A DNA stretch of 64,000 nt from Candidatus Eiseniibacteriota bacterium. Its GTDB lineage: Bacteria > Eisenbacteria > RBG-16-71-46. Numbering within the stretch: the first letter of the stretch is position 1; every line of letters begins with the position of its first letter. Below are positions 49,550 through 59,504 of the stretch, one piece after another. Position numbers and translations under genes: made by a program. The stretch covers positions 360,334 to 424,333 of the forward strand of contig CAVUWA010000005.1 of the NCBI GenBank assembly GCA_963744995.1, read 5' to 3'. The notes beneath the pieces are model-generated. The model had not been told where the DNA came from and ran no database searches. It saw only the letters and a list, made by a program, of their open reading frames with translations.

Positions 49550-52500
49550 GTGAACCGCACGAGACGCACCACCGTCGTCGCGCTGTGCGCAGCGACCCTG
49601 ATGACCGCCGTGATGATCGCGGCCCTGCCCCCCATCGCCGCCGGCGCCACCATTCCGATCCAGTCGACCACCTGGGCCCCCACGGGTCCGGCGGCGTCGG
49701 CCCACTTCGGCTTCTCCGTGGCCACCGCCGGCGACGTCAACGGCGACGGATTCAGCGACGTCATCGTCGGCGCTCCGTACTACGGCAACGGTCGCGCCTG
49801 GGTCTACTACGGCGGAGTGGACATGGACGATACGCCCGACTGGACGGTGGGTGGGCCGGCTTCGTCGGGGTACGGCTGGTGCGTCGCGCCTGCCGGCGAC
49901 GTCAACGGCGACGGCTACGACGACGTGCTCGTCGGCGCCCCCGGCGGCGTCGGCTTCGCTTTCTGCTATCACGGCTCCGCGAGCGGCCTCGAAGGCGTCC
50001 CCGCCTGGTACGTGACGAGCGCGTCGGGGTCGAACTTCGGCTATTGCGTCGCCACGGCGGGCGACATCAACGGCGACGGCTACTCGGACGTGCTCGTCGG
50101 CGCGCCCACCTGGGGCGGACAGTTCGGACGGCTGGGCCGCGCGCAGTTGTTCCTCGGAGGCCCGACGGGCCTGGAGGTGTCATCGAGCTGGGGCGTGGTG
50201 GGAACCGATCCCGCCGAGCTCGGCAGGAGCGTGGCCTCGGCGGGTGACGTCAATGCCGATGGCTACGACGACTTCCTCGTCGGAGACCCGGGCTACGACA
50301 CCGGGATCCTGACGTCGGATCGGGGGCGCGTCCAGCTCTTCCTGGGAGATCCCAGCGGGACCCCCGTAGAGAGTTCATGGAATCTGATCGGTCCCGGGCC
50401 GGATGCGAGGTATGGCGAGGTCCTTGCGCCGGCGGGGGATGTCGACCGCGATGGGTACGCGGATGCCATGATGGGGTCTCCCAGGTACTCGAACTACGCG
50501 GGACGCGTCGTCTTTCTCAAGGGGAACGCAACCGGGTTCACGGCGCAGTGGACGCGCGACGGGGCGGCGACTTCGGGCTATGGGCACTCGATCGCTCCGG
50601 CCGGCGATCTGGACGGAAACGGGTATGCAGACGTCGTCGTCAGCACGTTGTTCGGAGGGTCATCTCAGGAAGGTCATGTGGACGTTCTCTCGGGAACTCC
50701 CGGCGGGCTCATGACGGCCCCCACCTGGGAGCACACCGGGAGTCAGGCGAGCGCGAACTTCGGCCGCAGCGTGGCGACGGCGGGCGACGTGGACGGGGAC
50801 GGATTCGCGGATCTCCTGATCGGCGAGGACTTCTACGACGACGGCGGCAACGCCAGCGCGGGGCGCGTACACCTCTTTCGGGGCGCGACCGCCGGCATCG
50901 GCGTGGGCGGCTTCTGGTCGCGCAACGGCCAGCAGGATGGCGAGCACTACGGCATGGCACTCACGAGCCCCGGTGACGTCAACGCGGACGGATTCGAGGA
51001 TCTTCTGGTCGGATCGCCGCTCTTCGACGGGACGGGAGGCGCCGAGACCGGGCGCGTGGAATTGATATACGGAAGCGACACGGGGCTCGACGCCGCCGCC
51101 ACGACGCCCTGGAGCCTCGAAGGTGACGCGGCCGGCGACGGCTTTGGATTCGCATTGTCCTCCGCGGGCGACATCAACAACGACGGTTTCGACGACTTCC
51201 TCGTCGGGGTCCCGGGCGACGATACGCGGGGCTCCGACGCCGGCCAGGCTCGCCTCTACTACGGCGGCGCTTCCGGGCCCTCGTCCACCCCCGCCTGGGC
51301 GAGCGACGTGGGCTCGGCAGGTGACAGCATGGGCACCGCCGTGGCCGCCGCCGGCGACGTCAACGGCGATGGTTATCGGGACGTCATCATCGGATCGGGA
51401 GCCTATGGCAGCAGCGGCGCCGCCTTCTGCTACATGGGAACGCCGACCGGCCTCTCTCCCACGCCGGCATGGATGCTCGCGGGCCCGCAGGCCGGATCGC
51501 GCTTCGGCTTCGCCATGGGCTCCGCCGATCGAGACGGCGACGGCTACACCGACGTCTTCATCGGCCTGCCGGGCTGGGACGGCGCGGAGGTCGACGAAGG
51601 ACGCGTCCTCGGCTATCGAGGCGGGCCCGCCGGACTCGACACCACCCCGACCTGGGACTGGGACGGCAGCACGATTGCGTTCGTGAATCCGGCCGCCGGC
51701 ATCCAGCTCGGGTACGCCGTGTGCGGCGTTTCGAACCCGACGGGAGGCACCGATGGCGTGGCCTTCTCCGCGCCGTGGTACCTCTCCGGCGGTACGGTGC
51801 GTGGGTACGTCCGATTCGAATTCGACGATGTCGGTCCCGACGGCACGGTCGGCGGCGAGACGGGCGAGTTGCGCGGTTTCTCGCTCGCGGCCGGCGGCGA
51901 CTGCAACGGCGATGGTCGCGGCGACGTGGTCATCGGCGCACCGTACAGCACGTCCGCCTATCCGCAGACCGGCAACTGGGGCGTCCACTCGCTGATCGAC
52001 TACCAGGAGTGGTGGAACATCGGGAACCATTCCTCGTCGTTGGGCGGCTATGCCGTGGCGGCCGGCGACTTCGACGGTGACGGCATCTGCGACGCGGCAG
52101 CTTCGTTGCCGGACTACAGCCCGATCATGGCGGGCACCCATAGAGGCCGGGTGGCCTGGCGTCGTGCGGGTTCCTCCGGCTATTCGACTCCATACGCGCC
52201 GGACCTGTGGAATGGCGCCGGGAACCGGTTGTCGCGCCTCGGCGTGACGGACGAAGACGACGCGGTTCATCTGCACATGTCCCGTGCGCAGAGTGCCGCC
52301 GGCCGGACGCGCGTGCGCCAGGAGTGGTGGGTGTATCCGACCGCCGACGGACCGGCCCCGGAAGACCTCACGATTTCGGGCACGGGCACGTGGACGGACA
52401 CGGGACCGCGCGCGTATCCGAACGGATCGTCGGTAGAGCTGCTGGACGACGTGACGGGTCTGATGCCGTCCACGCTCTACAGCATTCAGTGCCGGCTGCA

Positions 52501-52894
52501 CACGAAGAGCCCCTTCTTTCCGTTCACACGCTGGTTCCGGGTCAGCAACGCGGGACGCAATCAGGGCCACTTCCGCACGGCAGGGTCCGTCCTCGCGGTG
52601 GGAGATCCGCTTCCGGGTCCGGGACAGACCCTGCTGGCGTACCCCAATCCGTTCCGCGTGGGCACGCGGTTGCGTTTCACCCTGCCGTCGCCAGGTGAAC
52701 TCGAAGCGCGGATCTTCGACACGGGCGGGCGCCTGGTGCGAACGTTCGCGCGTCGCAACGTCGAAGCAGGACCTCAGGAGCTGATCTGGGACGGCCGTAC
52801 CGACCGCGGCGAACCGGCGACGACCGGAATCTACTTCCTGCGCGCCACGAGCGGATCGAACCGGGTCGGCGGTCGGATCGTCCTGATGCGCTGA
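49550..52894 (+). CDS. Secreted integrin-alpha-like FG-GAP repeat protein with FlgD/T9SS-like CTD
   Basis: About 14 'FG..VA.AGDVNGDG..D..VGAP' repeats, signal peptide, CTD 'YPNPF...FDTGGRLVR...WDG...GIYFLR'; GGAGG SD. Confidence 0.92.
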   Translation: MNRTRRTTVVALCAATLMTAVMIAALPPIAAGATIPIQSTTWAPTGPAASAHFGFSVATAGDVNGDGFSDVIVGAPYYGNGRAWVYYGGVDMDDTPDWTVGGPASSGYGWCVAPAGDVNGDGYDDVLVGAPGGVGFAFCYHGSASGLEGVPAWYVTSASGSNFGYCVATAGDINGDGYSDVLVGAPTWGGQFGRLGRAQLFLGGPTGLEVSSSWGVVGTDPAELGRSVASAGDVNADGYDDFLVGDPGYDTGILTSDRGRVQLFLGDPSGTPVESSWNLIGPGPDARYGEVLAPAGDVDRDGYADAMMGSPRYSNYAGRVVFLKGNATGFTAQWTRDGAATSGYGHSIAPAGDLDGNGYADVVVSTLFGGSSQEGHVDVLSGTPGGLMTAPTWEHTGSQASANFGRSVATAGDVDGDGFADLLIGEDFYDDGGNASAGRVHLFRGATAGIGVGGFWSRNGQQDGEHYGMALTSPGDVNADGFEDLLVGSPLFDGTGGAETGRVELIYGSDTGLDAAATTPWSLEGDAAGDGFGFALSSAGDINNDGFDDFLVGVPGDDTRGSDAGQARLYYGGASGPSSTPAWASDVGSAGDSMGTAVAAAGDVNGDGYRDVIIGSGAYGSSGAAFCYMGTPTGLSPTPAWMLAGPQAGSRFGFAMGSADRDGDGYTDVFIGLPGWDGAEVDEGRVLGYRGGPAGLDTTPTWDWDGSTIAFVNPAAGIQLGYAVCGVSNPTGGTDGVAFSAPWYLSGGTVRGYVRFEFDDVGPDGTVGGETGELRGFSLAAGGDCNGDGRGDVVIGAPYSTSAYPQTGNWGVHSLIDYQEWWNIGNHSSSLGGYAVAAGDFDGDGICDAAASLPDYSPIMAGTHRGRVAWRRAGSSGYSTPYAPDLWNGAGNRLSRLGVTDEDDAVHLHMSRAQSAAGRTRVRQEWWVYPTADGPAPEDLTISGTGTWTDTGPRAYPNGSSVELLDDVTGLMPSTLYSIQCRLHTKSPFFPFTRWFRVSNAGRNQGHFRTAGSVLAVGDPLPGPGQTLLAYPNPFRVGTRLRFTLPSPGELEARIFDTGGRLVRTFARRNVEAGPQELIWDGRTDRGEPATTGIYFLRATSGSNRVGGRIVLMR

Positions 52895-53189
52895 TGAACG
52901 GGTCGCCGGCGGCTCCCGGGACCGGGTTCCCCCGCCGCGCGGGGCCCATTCACGAAATGGCGCGGCGGCCCGGGGTGCGGGGCCTCTTCGCGTGAGGACC
53001 CGGCATCGTCGCGAACCGTCCCCGCCCGAATTCCCGGAATGCCGCGAACCCGTTGCGCGGCCGGGAGAGCCCGGTTCGGCCTTGCGCTGACCCCTCCGGC
53101 AGGGTATGCCCCGAAGACGACGGCGTTCCAAACGGGCCTCTGGGGGGACCCTCGCCCATGGACATGAACGAAGTCTCGGACGGCGGCGG

Positions 53190-54371
53190 GTGAGTCGGCA
53201 CGAAACCGCAGCCGATCTCTCGATCGACGGCATCCGGCTGGATCGAGAGGACAGCGCATGGGTGGCCTCGGCTGATCTCGACGGCGAGCGGTTGTGGTTC
53301 AGCACCCTGGACGTCGAGTTGCGTCCGCTTCCCGAGGCGTTCGCGACGGCCGCTCTGATTCCGGCCGCGGCCGCGGGGCAGGCGGTGCGCGTCGCCGCGC
53401 CACTCGATCCCGTGTGGCAGGAGAACGCCGCGCGTGCGCTCGAGCTGATCAAGGAGTGGTGGCGCTACGATGCACCTCCACCCCGATCGGCGTCGTCCGG
53501 CGCGGCGACCGATTCCGGCGCCCCTGCCCCTCCACCGCCCGAAGGGCCTGCTCAGGCCGGCCGTACCGCGCTGTTCTTCAGCGGCGGGGTGGACTCGTTC
53601 CACGTTCTGCTCGCGGATCCCGCCGACATCGACGTGCTGGTGATGGTGCAGGGGTTCGATTTCGATCTCGACGACGCAGCGCGGGCCGCGGAAGCCGAGC
53701 GCTCGCTGCGCGAAGTCGCCGCGAAGACCGGCAAGCAGGCCGTGTTCATTCGCACCAACGTCAAGACGCATTCCCGGCTCGCGCGGGTGACGTGGGATCG
53801 CACGCACGGGACCGCCATGGCGGCCATCGCCCACCTGCTCTCCGGGCAGGCGGGCCGCGTCAGGATCGCGCCGAGTCTGCCGGGCGACCGGGACGTTCCA
53901 TGGGGCACGCATCCGCGCCTCGATCCGCTCTGGTCCAGCGAGCGCATGACGATCGCTTCGGATCTCCCCGGGGACCGCATGGAACGTGTGCGCGCCATCG
54001 CGACGGCGCCGCTCGCCTGGGACCATCTGCGCGTCTGCTGGCAGAACTTCGCGCCCACGGGCAACTGCGGCCGGTGCGCGAAGTGCATCGTCGCGATGGT
54101 GATGCTCGAAGCGTGCGGCGCGCTACAGCACTTTCGCGTGTTCGGAGACACGCGCGATCTGGTCGCGCGCGTGGACGCATTGCGCCGCACGGCGGATCGG
54201 TATCACTCCCTCGAGCAGATCCTGCGCGAGGGACACCTGCGGCCGGACGTCGCAAGGGCCGTCCGTGATCTCGCGCGGCGCAGTCGGATCGACAAGAGCT
54301 GGCCGGTGCAGCTGAGACGGCGCGTCGCCGGCGTGGTGCTGGGCTGGTTCGGGATCGTCCGGAAGAAGTGA
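53190..54371 (+). CDS. Hypothetical PP-loop (adenine nucleotide alpha-hydrolase-like) protein
   Basis: 'FFSGGVDSF' and 'CWQNFAPTGNCGRCAKC'; start uncertain (53106 or 53190). Confidence 0.7.
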   Translation: MSRHETAADLSIDGIRLDREDSAWVASADLDGERLWFSTLDVELRPLPEAFATAALIPAAAAGQAVRVAAPLDPVWQENAARALELIKEWWRYDAPPPRSASSGAATDSGAPAPPPPEGPAQAGRTALFFSGGVDSFHVLLADPADIDVLVMVQGFDFDLDDAARAAEAERSLREVAAKTGKQAVFIRTNVKTHSRLARVTWDRTHGTAMAAIAHLLSGQAGRVRIAPSLPGDRDVPWGTHPRLDPLWSSERMTIASDLPGDRMERVRAIATAPLAWDHLRVCWQNFAPTGNCGRCAKCIVAMVMLEACGALQHFRVFGDTRDLVARVDALRRTADRYHSLEQILREGHLRPDVARAVRDLARRSRIDKSWPVQLRRRVAGVVLGWFGIVRKK

Positions 54372-54547
54372 GGAAGCGCTGCCCCGGATGCCCGGCCGCG
54401 GCCCGCGGTCGCCATGGCCGCGCCCGCGCCATGTCCAGGCGAAAATCCGCAGAGGCCTCACAGGCACGCACGAATGCCGCGCCTCGGTCTATACTCGACA
54501 GATCCTTGTAGGTTGAACGCTACCCCGACCGGGCAGGGGACGGCCTC

Positions 54548-55234
54548 TTGACGACCACTCGATCCTCAGGCTCCCGGCTCCGCCGCGCGTGCGGCCTGCG
54601 CCTGCTGGCCCTGGCCGCGTTCACCCTCGCGATCGGAGCATGCGGGCGCGAGAACCCCGTCGCCGTGCGCACGTACTCGCTTTCGGGTCCGGTCGTGCTG
54701 TCGGGTTATCTCGTGGACGACGACGGTGCATTCGCGGGAACGCGCATCGTCGGCGACGCGGACGGTGTGGCGGTCGAGCTCACCGACGGGCGGCGCGTGC
54801 TGGCGCGCACGACCACCCACGCCGGCACCTACCGCTTCGATGCCGTCGCCCCGGGGAGCTACCGGACGCGGGCCCGCGTGAACGGCGCCGTCAGCGACGA
54901 AAGCAACGATCTGACGGTGACCCATTCCGACCTCGTGGCGAAGGACACCCTGAGGCTCGAGTCGTCAGGCGATCTCTACCCCGTTCCGAACCCCGTGGAG
55001 CAGCTGGGAACGGTGATCTTCTTCGACATCCCCGACACGGGCTCGGTGGCGCTCGCCGTGCTCGACACCCGTGGGGAAAAGATCCGGACGCTCTCCTACA
55101 TCAACATCGCGGACAACCTCTACCAGGGCTACTGGAACGGTCTCGATGCGGCCGATCAACCCGCCACCGAACCGCTCTACTGGGTCACCTACGAGGGCCC
55201 GGGCGGCCCGCGTGCGCAACTGCTGTTCCGCTGA
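54548..55234 (+). CDS. Lipoprotein with short beta-sandwich and FlgD-like C-terminal domain
   Basis: Lipobox IGAC; 'YPVPNP...LDTRGEKIRTL...WNGLD'; TATACT at 54490-54495. Confidence 0.75.
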   Translation: MTTTRSSGSRLRRACGLRLLALAAFTLAIGACGRENPVAVRTYSLSGPVVLSGYLVDDDGAFAGTRIVGDADGVAVELTDGRRVLARTTTHAGTYRFDAVAPGSYRTRARVNGAVSDESNDLTVTHSDLVAKDTLRLESSGDLYPVPNPVEQLGTVIFFDIPDTGSVALAVLDTRGEKIRTLSYINIADNLYQGYWNGLDAADQPATEPLYWVTYEGPGGPRAQLLFR

Positions 55235-55405
55235 GGGGCATGTTCCCGGCGCGCAGGCCCGATTCAACACGAGCTTCGACCGATCTCCGCCACGACCCGC
55301 ACGGAGGCCGCGAGCCATCGCCGATGACTCCGATCCGTCGCCCGGGCCGTCCGCGCCACGGCGGGTCTGGTTCGGCTTCTGCGCGGGCGGCACGGACTCC
55401 GGGAT

Positions 55406-56317
55406 CTAACGATGGAGCACCTTCAGCTGCCCCCAGGTGGTCCGCCTGACGCCCGTGGCTGCATCGGCATAGGTCGCCACGTTGCAGGAATTGACGCCCG
55501 CGACGTGGATGCGCCCTGCGGCGTCGACCGTGACCGCGGCGGCCTCGGACACGGAGGCCTGCCAGCGCACGCGCAGGGTGCCGTTCGCATCGAGTTTCGT
55601 CACGGTGCGAAGGTAGTATTCGGTCGCGAAAACGCAACCTCCGGCATCCACGTCCACGTCGGTGAGCCAGGAGAATCCGGTCCAGGTGGCCAGCAGGTGA
55701 CCTGCGCTGCTGAACTTGCGGATGCAATCGTTGCCCGTGTCGGCGACGTAGATCGTGTTGTCGGGGCCGACGGCGATCCCTTGCGGGATCGAAAGGACAC
55801 CGCCCCCCAGCTCCTGATCCCAGAATCCCTGAGGGGTGTAGCGCACGACCGCGCCCCGGTTGTCCACGATCCAGACCTGTCCGTCGGGGCCGATGTCCAC
55901 GCCGACCGGACGCGTCAGACCAGCTACGTAGGAGGCGATCAACTCCCCGTCAGGGGTCAGTTTGTAGAGTGCGGTGGGCAACTGGCTCACGACCCACGCG
56001 TTGCCGGACGGGTCGAATGCGATGTCGAACGGGGTGCCGATGGCCGGTCCGCCTGATCCCGTGCCCGCCCAGATCTCGAGCGGCACACCGGCGGATGAGA
56101 ACTTCTGGATTCGTTTGTTGCCCTCTTCGCAAACGTAGAGATCGCCTGCCGCGTCCGTGCCGAGTCCGGTCGGGATCCAGAATTGACCGAGCTGCGAGCC
56201 GCAGCCCGAAAGGTTTCTGATCCGCACGGGAGGCGGTTCTACCTGCGCGCTCGTGGAGGACGCCAGAAGGCACGAAGCGGCCAGCAGGAGGCGGGTGATG
56301 AACGCGAGTCGTGACAT
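55406..56317 (-). CDS. Secreted NHL-repeat protein with TWGxxK C-terminal tail
   Basis: Signal peptide, NHL repeats ('PQGIAVGPDNTIYVADTGN..IRKF'), ends 'GVRRTTWGQLKVLHR*'. Confidence 0.85.
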   Translation of the reverse strand: MSRLAFITRLLLAASCLLASSTSAQVEPPPVRIRNLSGCGSQLGQFWIPTGLGTDAAGDLYVCEEGNKRIQKFSSAGVPLEIWAGTGSGGPAIGTPFDIAFDPSGNAWVVSQLPTALYKLTPDGELIASYVAGLTRPVGVDIGPDGQVWIVDNRGAVVRYTPQGFWDQELGGGVLSIPQGIAVGPDNTIYVADTGNDCIRKFSSAGHLLATWTGFSWLTDVDVDAGGCVFATEYYLRTVTKLDANGTLRVRWQASVSEAAAVTVDAAGRIHVAGVNSCNVATYADAATGVRRTTWGQLKVLHR

Positions 56318-56582
56318 AGGGGCACCTGCCGGGATGATGGAGAACCGCTCCGGTATTCCGGAGCGTGCGCTCGATGGACGCCCTGAACAGGGCGTGGAGC
56401 TCGTCCACTCGATGCGGTGCACGTCAGGGTCACCTGCCGCGGGTCCCCGGGCAAGTAGACCCTGGTGGCAACGGGCCGTCCCCGAGACTGCGATCCGCGC
56501 GGGCAGGCGCGGCCGGAGCGCGCCGACCGTGCGGCTTGCGGCCCGGCCGACGCCGCCACACACGTCCTCAGGGCGCGGCCGC

Positions 56583-56888
56583 TCAGGTCCCGAATGCGCG
56601 CCACGCCACACGGATGAGAACGGGGACGGCCTTGACGCCGATGAACAGGGCTGTGGCGAGCCACGCGATCTTCCACCGGACGTAGACGAAGCGCACCAGG
56701 CCGATCGGAAGCAGCAGAACGTAAGCGATCGGGCTGAGGATGGGAGTGATCCGACCCGCCACGAACGCCGCGATCGAGGCCCCGAAGGCAATCAGGAACA
56801 GCCAGAGGAAGGAAATCCGTGCTTCCCCTCGCGCCACGATCCAGAGAATGAGCCCCAGCAGCAGGGGATCGACGATCAATGCGATCAC
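56583..56888 (-). CDS. Small membrane protein
   Basis: 101 aa with about 4 hydrophobic segments; GTG start. Confidence 0.6.
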   Translation of the reverse strand: MIALIVDPLLLGLILWIVARGEARISFLWLFLIAFGASIAAFVAGRITPILSPIAYVLLLPIGLVRFVYVRWKIAWLATALFIGVKAVPVLIRVAWRAFGT

Positions 56889-56927
56889 GATCCGGCGCTC
56901 CGCGCCGCCTCCGGCGCCCGCCTCGGC

Positions 56928-58547
56928 TCAGGCGTTTCCCGTCGTAATCTCCCGCGCGATGAAGTCCATGTCGGCGAGGCGCCCCGCCTGCAGCGCATAG
57001 GCGCCGGGCAGGTCCGCCGCCTCCCGGAATTCCTCGAACGCGGCGGGATCGAGCGCCCCGGACGCGCTGAACAGCTTGAGCAGCCGTGTCGGCACCGAAA
57101 CCGCCACCTCACTGGCCCACACCCGCGCCTGCGCCAGGGCCAGCGCCTCGCCGGAGCGCGCGGCCGACCGCACCAGCGCGACCGCCGTCTCGAGCTCGGC
57201 AATCGCCGTCGCGCACTCGAACAGCGCGTACTGCTGCCGCATGAGCTTCGCGCGGAACAGGAGATCGGCCGCCGTCGACAGGAACCGTGCCGTCTTCGCG
57301 ACGGCCGGCCCGCCGGCATCGATCAACGACTGCACCTCGTCGGCCATGTCGCCGTACCAGCGTCCCTTGCTCTTCACGCTCTCGCGTACCCGGTAGAGTC
57401 CGAGAATGTTCTGCAGAATCTCCGAGGTGCCCTCGTAGATCCGCAGGATCCGCGCGTCGCGGCGGATCTTCTCGACCTCGTAGTCCACGGTGTAGCCGTA
57501 CCCGCCCAGCGCCTGCACCGCGTCATCGGCGGCGAGGTTGCCGACCTCCGTCGCGAAGAACTTCGCGATCGCGCCTTCGACCTGCCGGTCCTCCTGCCCC
57601 GAGTCGAGCAGGTCGGCCACGTGCTCGATATAGGCGCGCGCCGCCGCCAGCCGCACGCTGTTCGGCACGAGCAGCTTGTGCGTGAATCCCTGCTTCTCGC
57701 TGAGCATCGTGCCCATCTGTTTGCGCTGCTTCGAATAGGCGATCGCCTTGTCGAGCGCCGCCACACCTGCGCCCAGCCCGAACCCGGCGACCATCAGGCG
57801 CGTGTAGCCGAATACCTCGTTGGCCTGCTTGAGCCCGTCGCCTTCCTTGCCGCCCACCAGCTGATCCGCGGGCACGACGACGTCGTCGAAGATCACCTGC
57901 GCGGTGTCCGACAACCGGATGCCGTGCTTGATCTCGTGCTTGCCCGCCGAGAGGCCCGGCGTGTTGCGCTCGACGATGAAGAACGTCGGGCCGTCGGGCG
58001 CCTTGGCGAGCACGGTGTAGAGATCCGCGATCGAGCCGTTGGAGATGAACTGCTTGGTGCCGGTGATCTGGTAGTGCGTCACCTTCCCGTCGGCGTCGGT
58101 GATGCGCCGGGCCTGGGTCTGGATGTTCTGGACGTTCGAGCCCGCTTCCGGCTCGGTCACGGCGTACGCGACGATCAGACCCTCGTTCGCGATCCGCGGC
58201 AGCCAGCGCTTCCGCTGCGCTTCGGTGCAGCCCACCCGGATCGGGTCGGTACCGAGCGCCACCGCCAGCATGGACGTGGCGAGCCCGAGGTCGATCCGTG
58301 CGAACTCGCAGGACAGCCGGTAGATGTCGAAGGCGCCGCCGCCCATCCCGCCGTACTCGGTCGGCAGGAACGCGAGGTGCAACCCGACCTCGGGACTGAG
58401 CATTCCGCGCACCACCTCGACCGGGCAGGTGTCGCTGCCGTCCCACTGCAGCCGGCTAGCGAGCGGCGAGTAGCGATCGGTGAACTCCTTCAGCGTATCG
58501 ACGATCAACTCGAGATCGCCGGCTTCGAGTCGCGCGAGCGACATCAT
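56928..58547 (-). CDS. Acyl-CoA dehydrogenase with C-terminal extension
   Basis: 'PTEYGGMG', 'AYAVTEPEAGS', 'GTKQFISNG', 'QALGGYGY', 'RIYEGTSEI'; ATGA overlap with the upstream gene. Confidence 0.95.
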   Translation of the reverse strand: MMSLARLEAGDLELIVDTLKEFTDRYSPLASRLQWDGSDTCPVEVVRGMLSPEVGLHLAFLPTEYGGMGGGAFDIYRLSCEFARIDLGLATSMLAVALGTDPIRVGCTEAQRKRWLPRIANEGLIVAYAVTEPEAGSNVQNIQTQARRITDADGKVTHYQITGTKQFISNGSIADLYTVLAKAPDGPTFFIVERNTPGLSAGKHEIKHGIRLSDTAQVIFDDVVVPADQLVGGKEGDGLKQANEVFGYTRLMVAGFGLGAGVAALDKAIAYSKQRKQMGTMLSEKQGFTHKLLVPNSVRLAAARAYIEHVADLLDSGQEDRQVEGAIAKFFATEVGNLAADDAVQALGGYGYTVDYEVEKIRRDARILRIYEGTSEILQNILGLYRVRESVKSKGRWYGDMADEVQSLIDAGGPAVAKTARFLSTAADLLFRAKLMRQQYALFECATAIAELETAVALVRSAARSGEALALAQARVWASEVAVSVPTRLLKLFSASGALDPAAFEEFREAADLPGAYALQAGRLADMDFIAREITTGNA

Positions 58548-59504
58548 GCTCTCCCTTCGGACGCCTTCGCTGGCGTCGTGGCCGTGGCGACGGTCCGGGC
58601 GAGCTCCGCCGCCGCGCGATCTCTGGCGAACCGCGCACCCGTCATGCAGCCATCCAGCCGGGTGCGCAGCCGCGTGAAAGAGTCCACGCCGTCGAAGCGG
58701 ACGCAGGGTCCCGCCTTCGGGGCGTGCGATCCGTCGGTTTCGATGACGTCGCCCTGCGCCCGCGCCTCGCTGGCGATGCCGGGCATCCAGCCCTCCAGCT
58801 CGTCCAGCTCGTCGGCGGCGTAACAGGCCGCACAGCCCTCGGCGTCCCACCGGAGGTGCCGCCGGTACCCGAACACGAGTTCGGCGCACGCGGCGCCGGC
58901 CATCGCCGAGGCGTGCGCCGCATGCACGTGGGAGAGGTCGCTCCGCAGCTTCGCCTCGGCCGTATCGCGGGAAGGCGTCTCGGACGCAATCTCGAGCGCC
59001 AGACAGCGCGCCGCCAGCAGCGGGCATAGCGCGTCGACCAGCTCGTCTACGGCCTGTCGCGTCGCTTCGGCCGGGATGTCTTCGCCGGTGCGGAAATGAT
59101 TCATCGTCCAGAGCCACAGCTGGAACGCCGTCGCGAGCGTGCAGGCGCCGGTATCCGGTCGCGACGAGGCGAGCCTCGCGCAGCTCGCGGACCCAGCCCG
59201 GCACGAGCGACAGGAACTCGGGCGCTTCGATCGTGTCGCGGAGCGGATCGCGTCGCGCCGCATTCTTCGGCGGGGGCTCCTGCGGTCTGCGCGGCCTCCT
59301 GCCGGAGCGAGCGGGCCAGCGTGAGCACGGCGCGAGGACGCCGGCGTCCTTCCCGGCCCGTGCCGCCGCCGCCTGCAGGGCGGCCGTCGCTTCCGCGGAG
59401 GCACAGGCATCGGTGAGTCTGAGCAGGCTCCGGTCGCGCCCGGCCGCTTCCACGGGGAGCTTGCGCACCTGGTCGGCAAGGCTTGCGAACTGGGTGGTGT
59501 TCAT
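58544..59504 (-). pseudogene. Frameshifted ORF coupled to the acyl-CoA dehydrogenase; helical, with Cys-containing C-terminus
   Basis: Starts MNTTQFASLAD; protein-like sequence switches frame near 59330, 59250 and 59160; ends '...WDAEGCAACY...KAGPCVRF...EGRA*'. Confidence 0.6.

Noticed and set aside
46984..53452. Long antisense ORFs (926 aa and 930 aa), and similar ones at 38148-40712, 56253-58823 and 35079-37271
   Set aside because: Shadow ORFs typical of high-GC DNA, lying opposite well-supported genes and lacking recognisable motifs.
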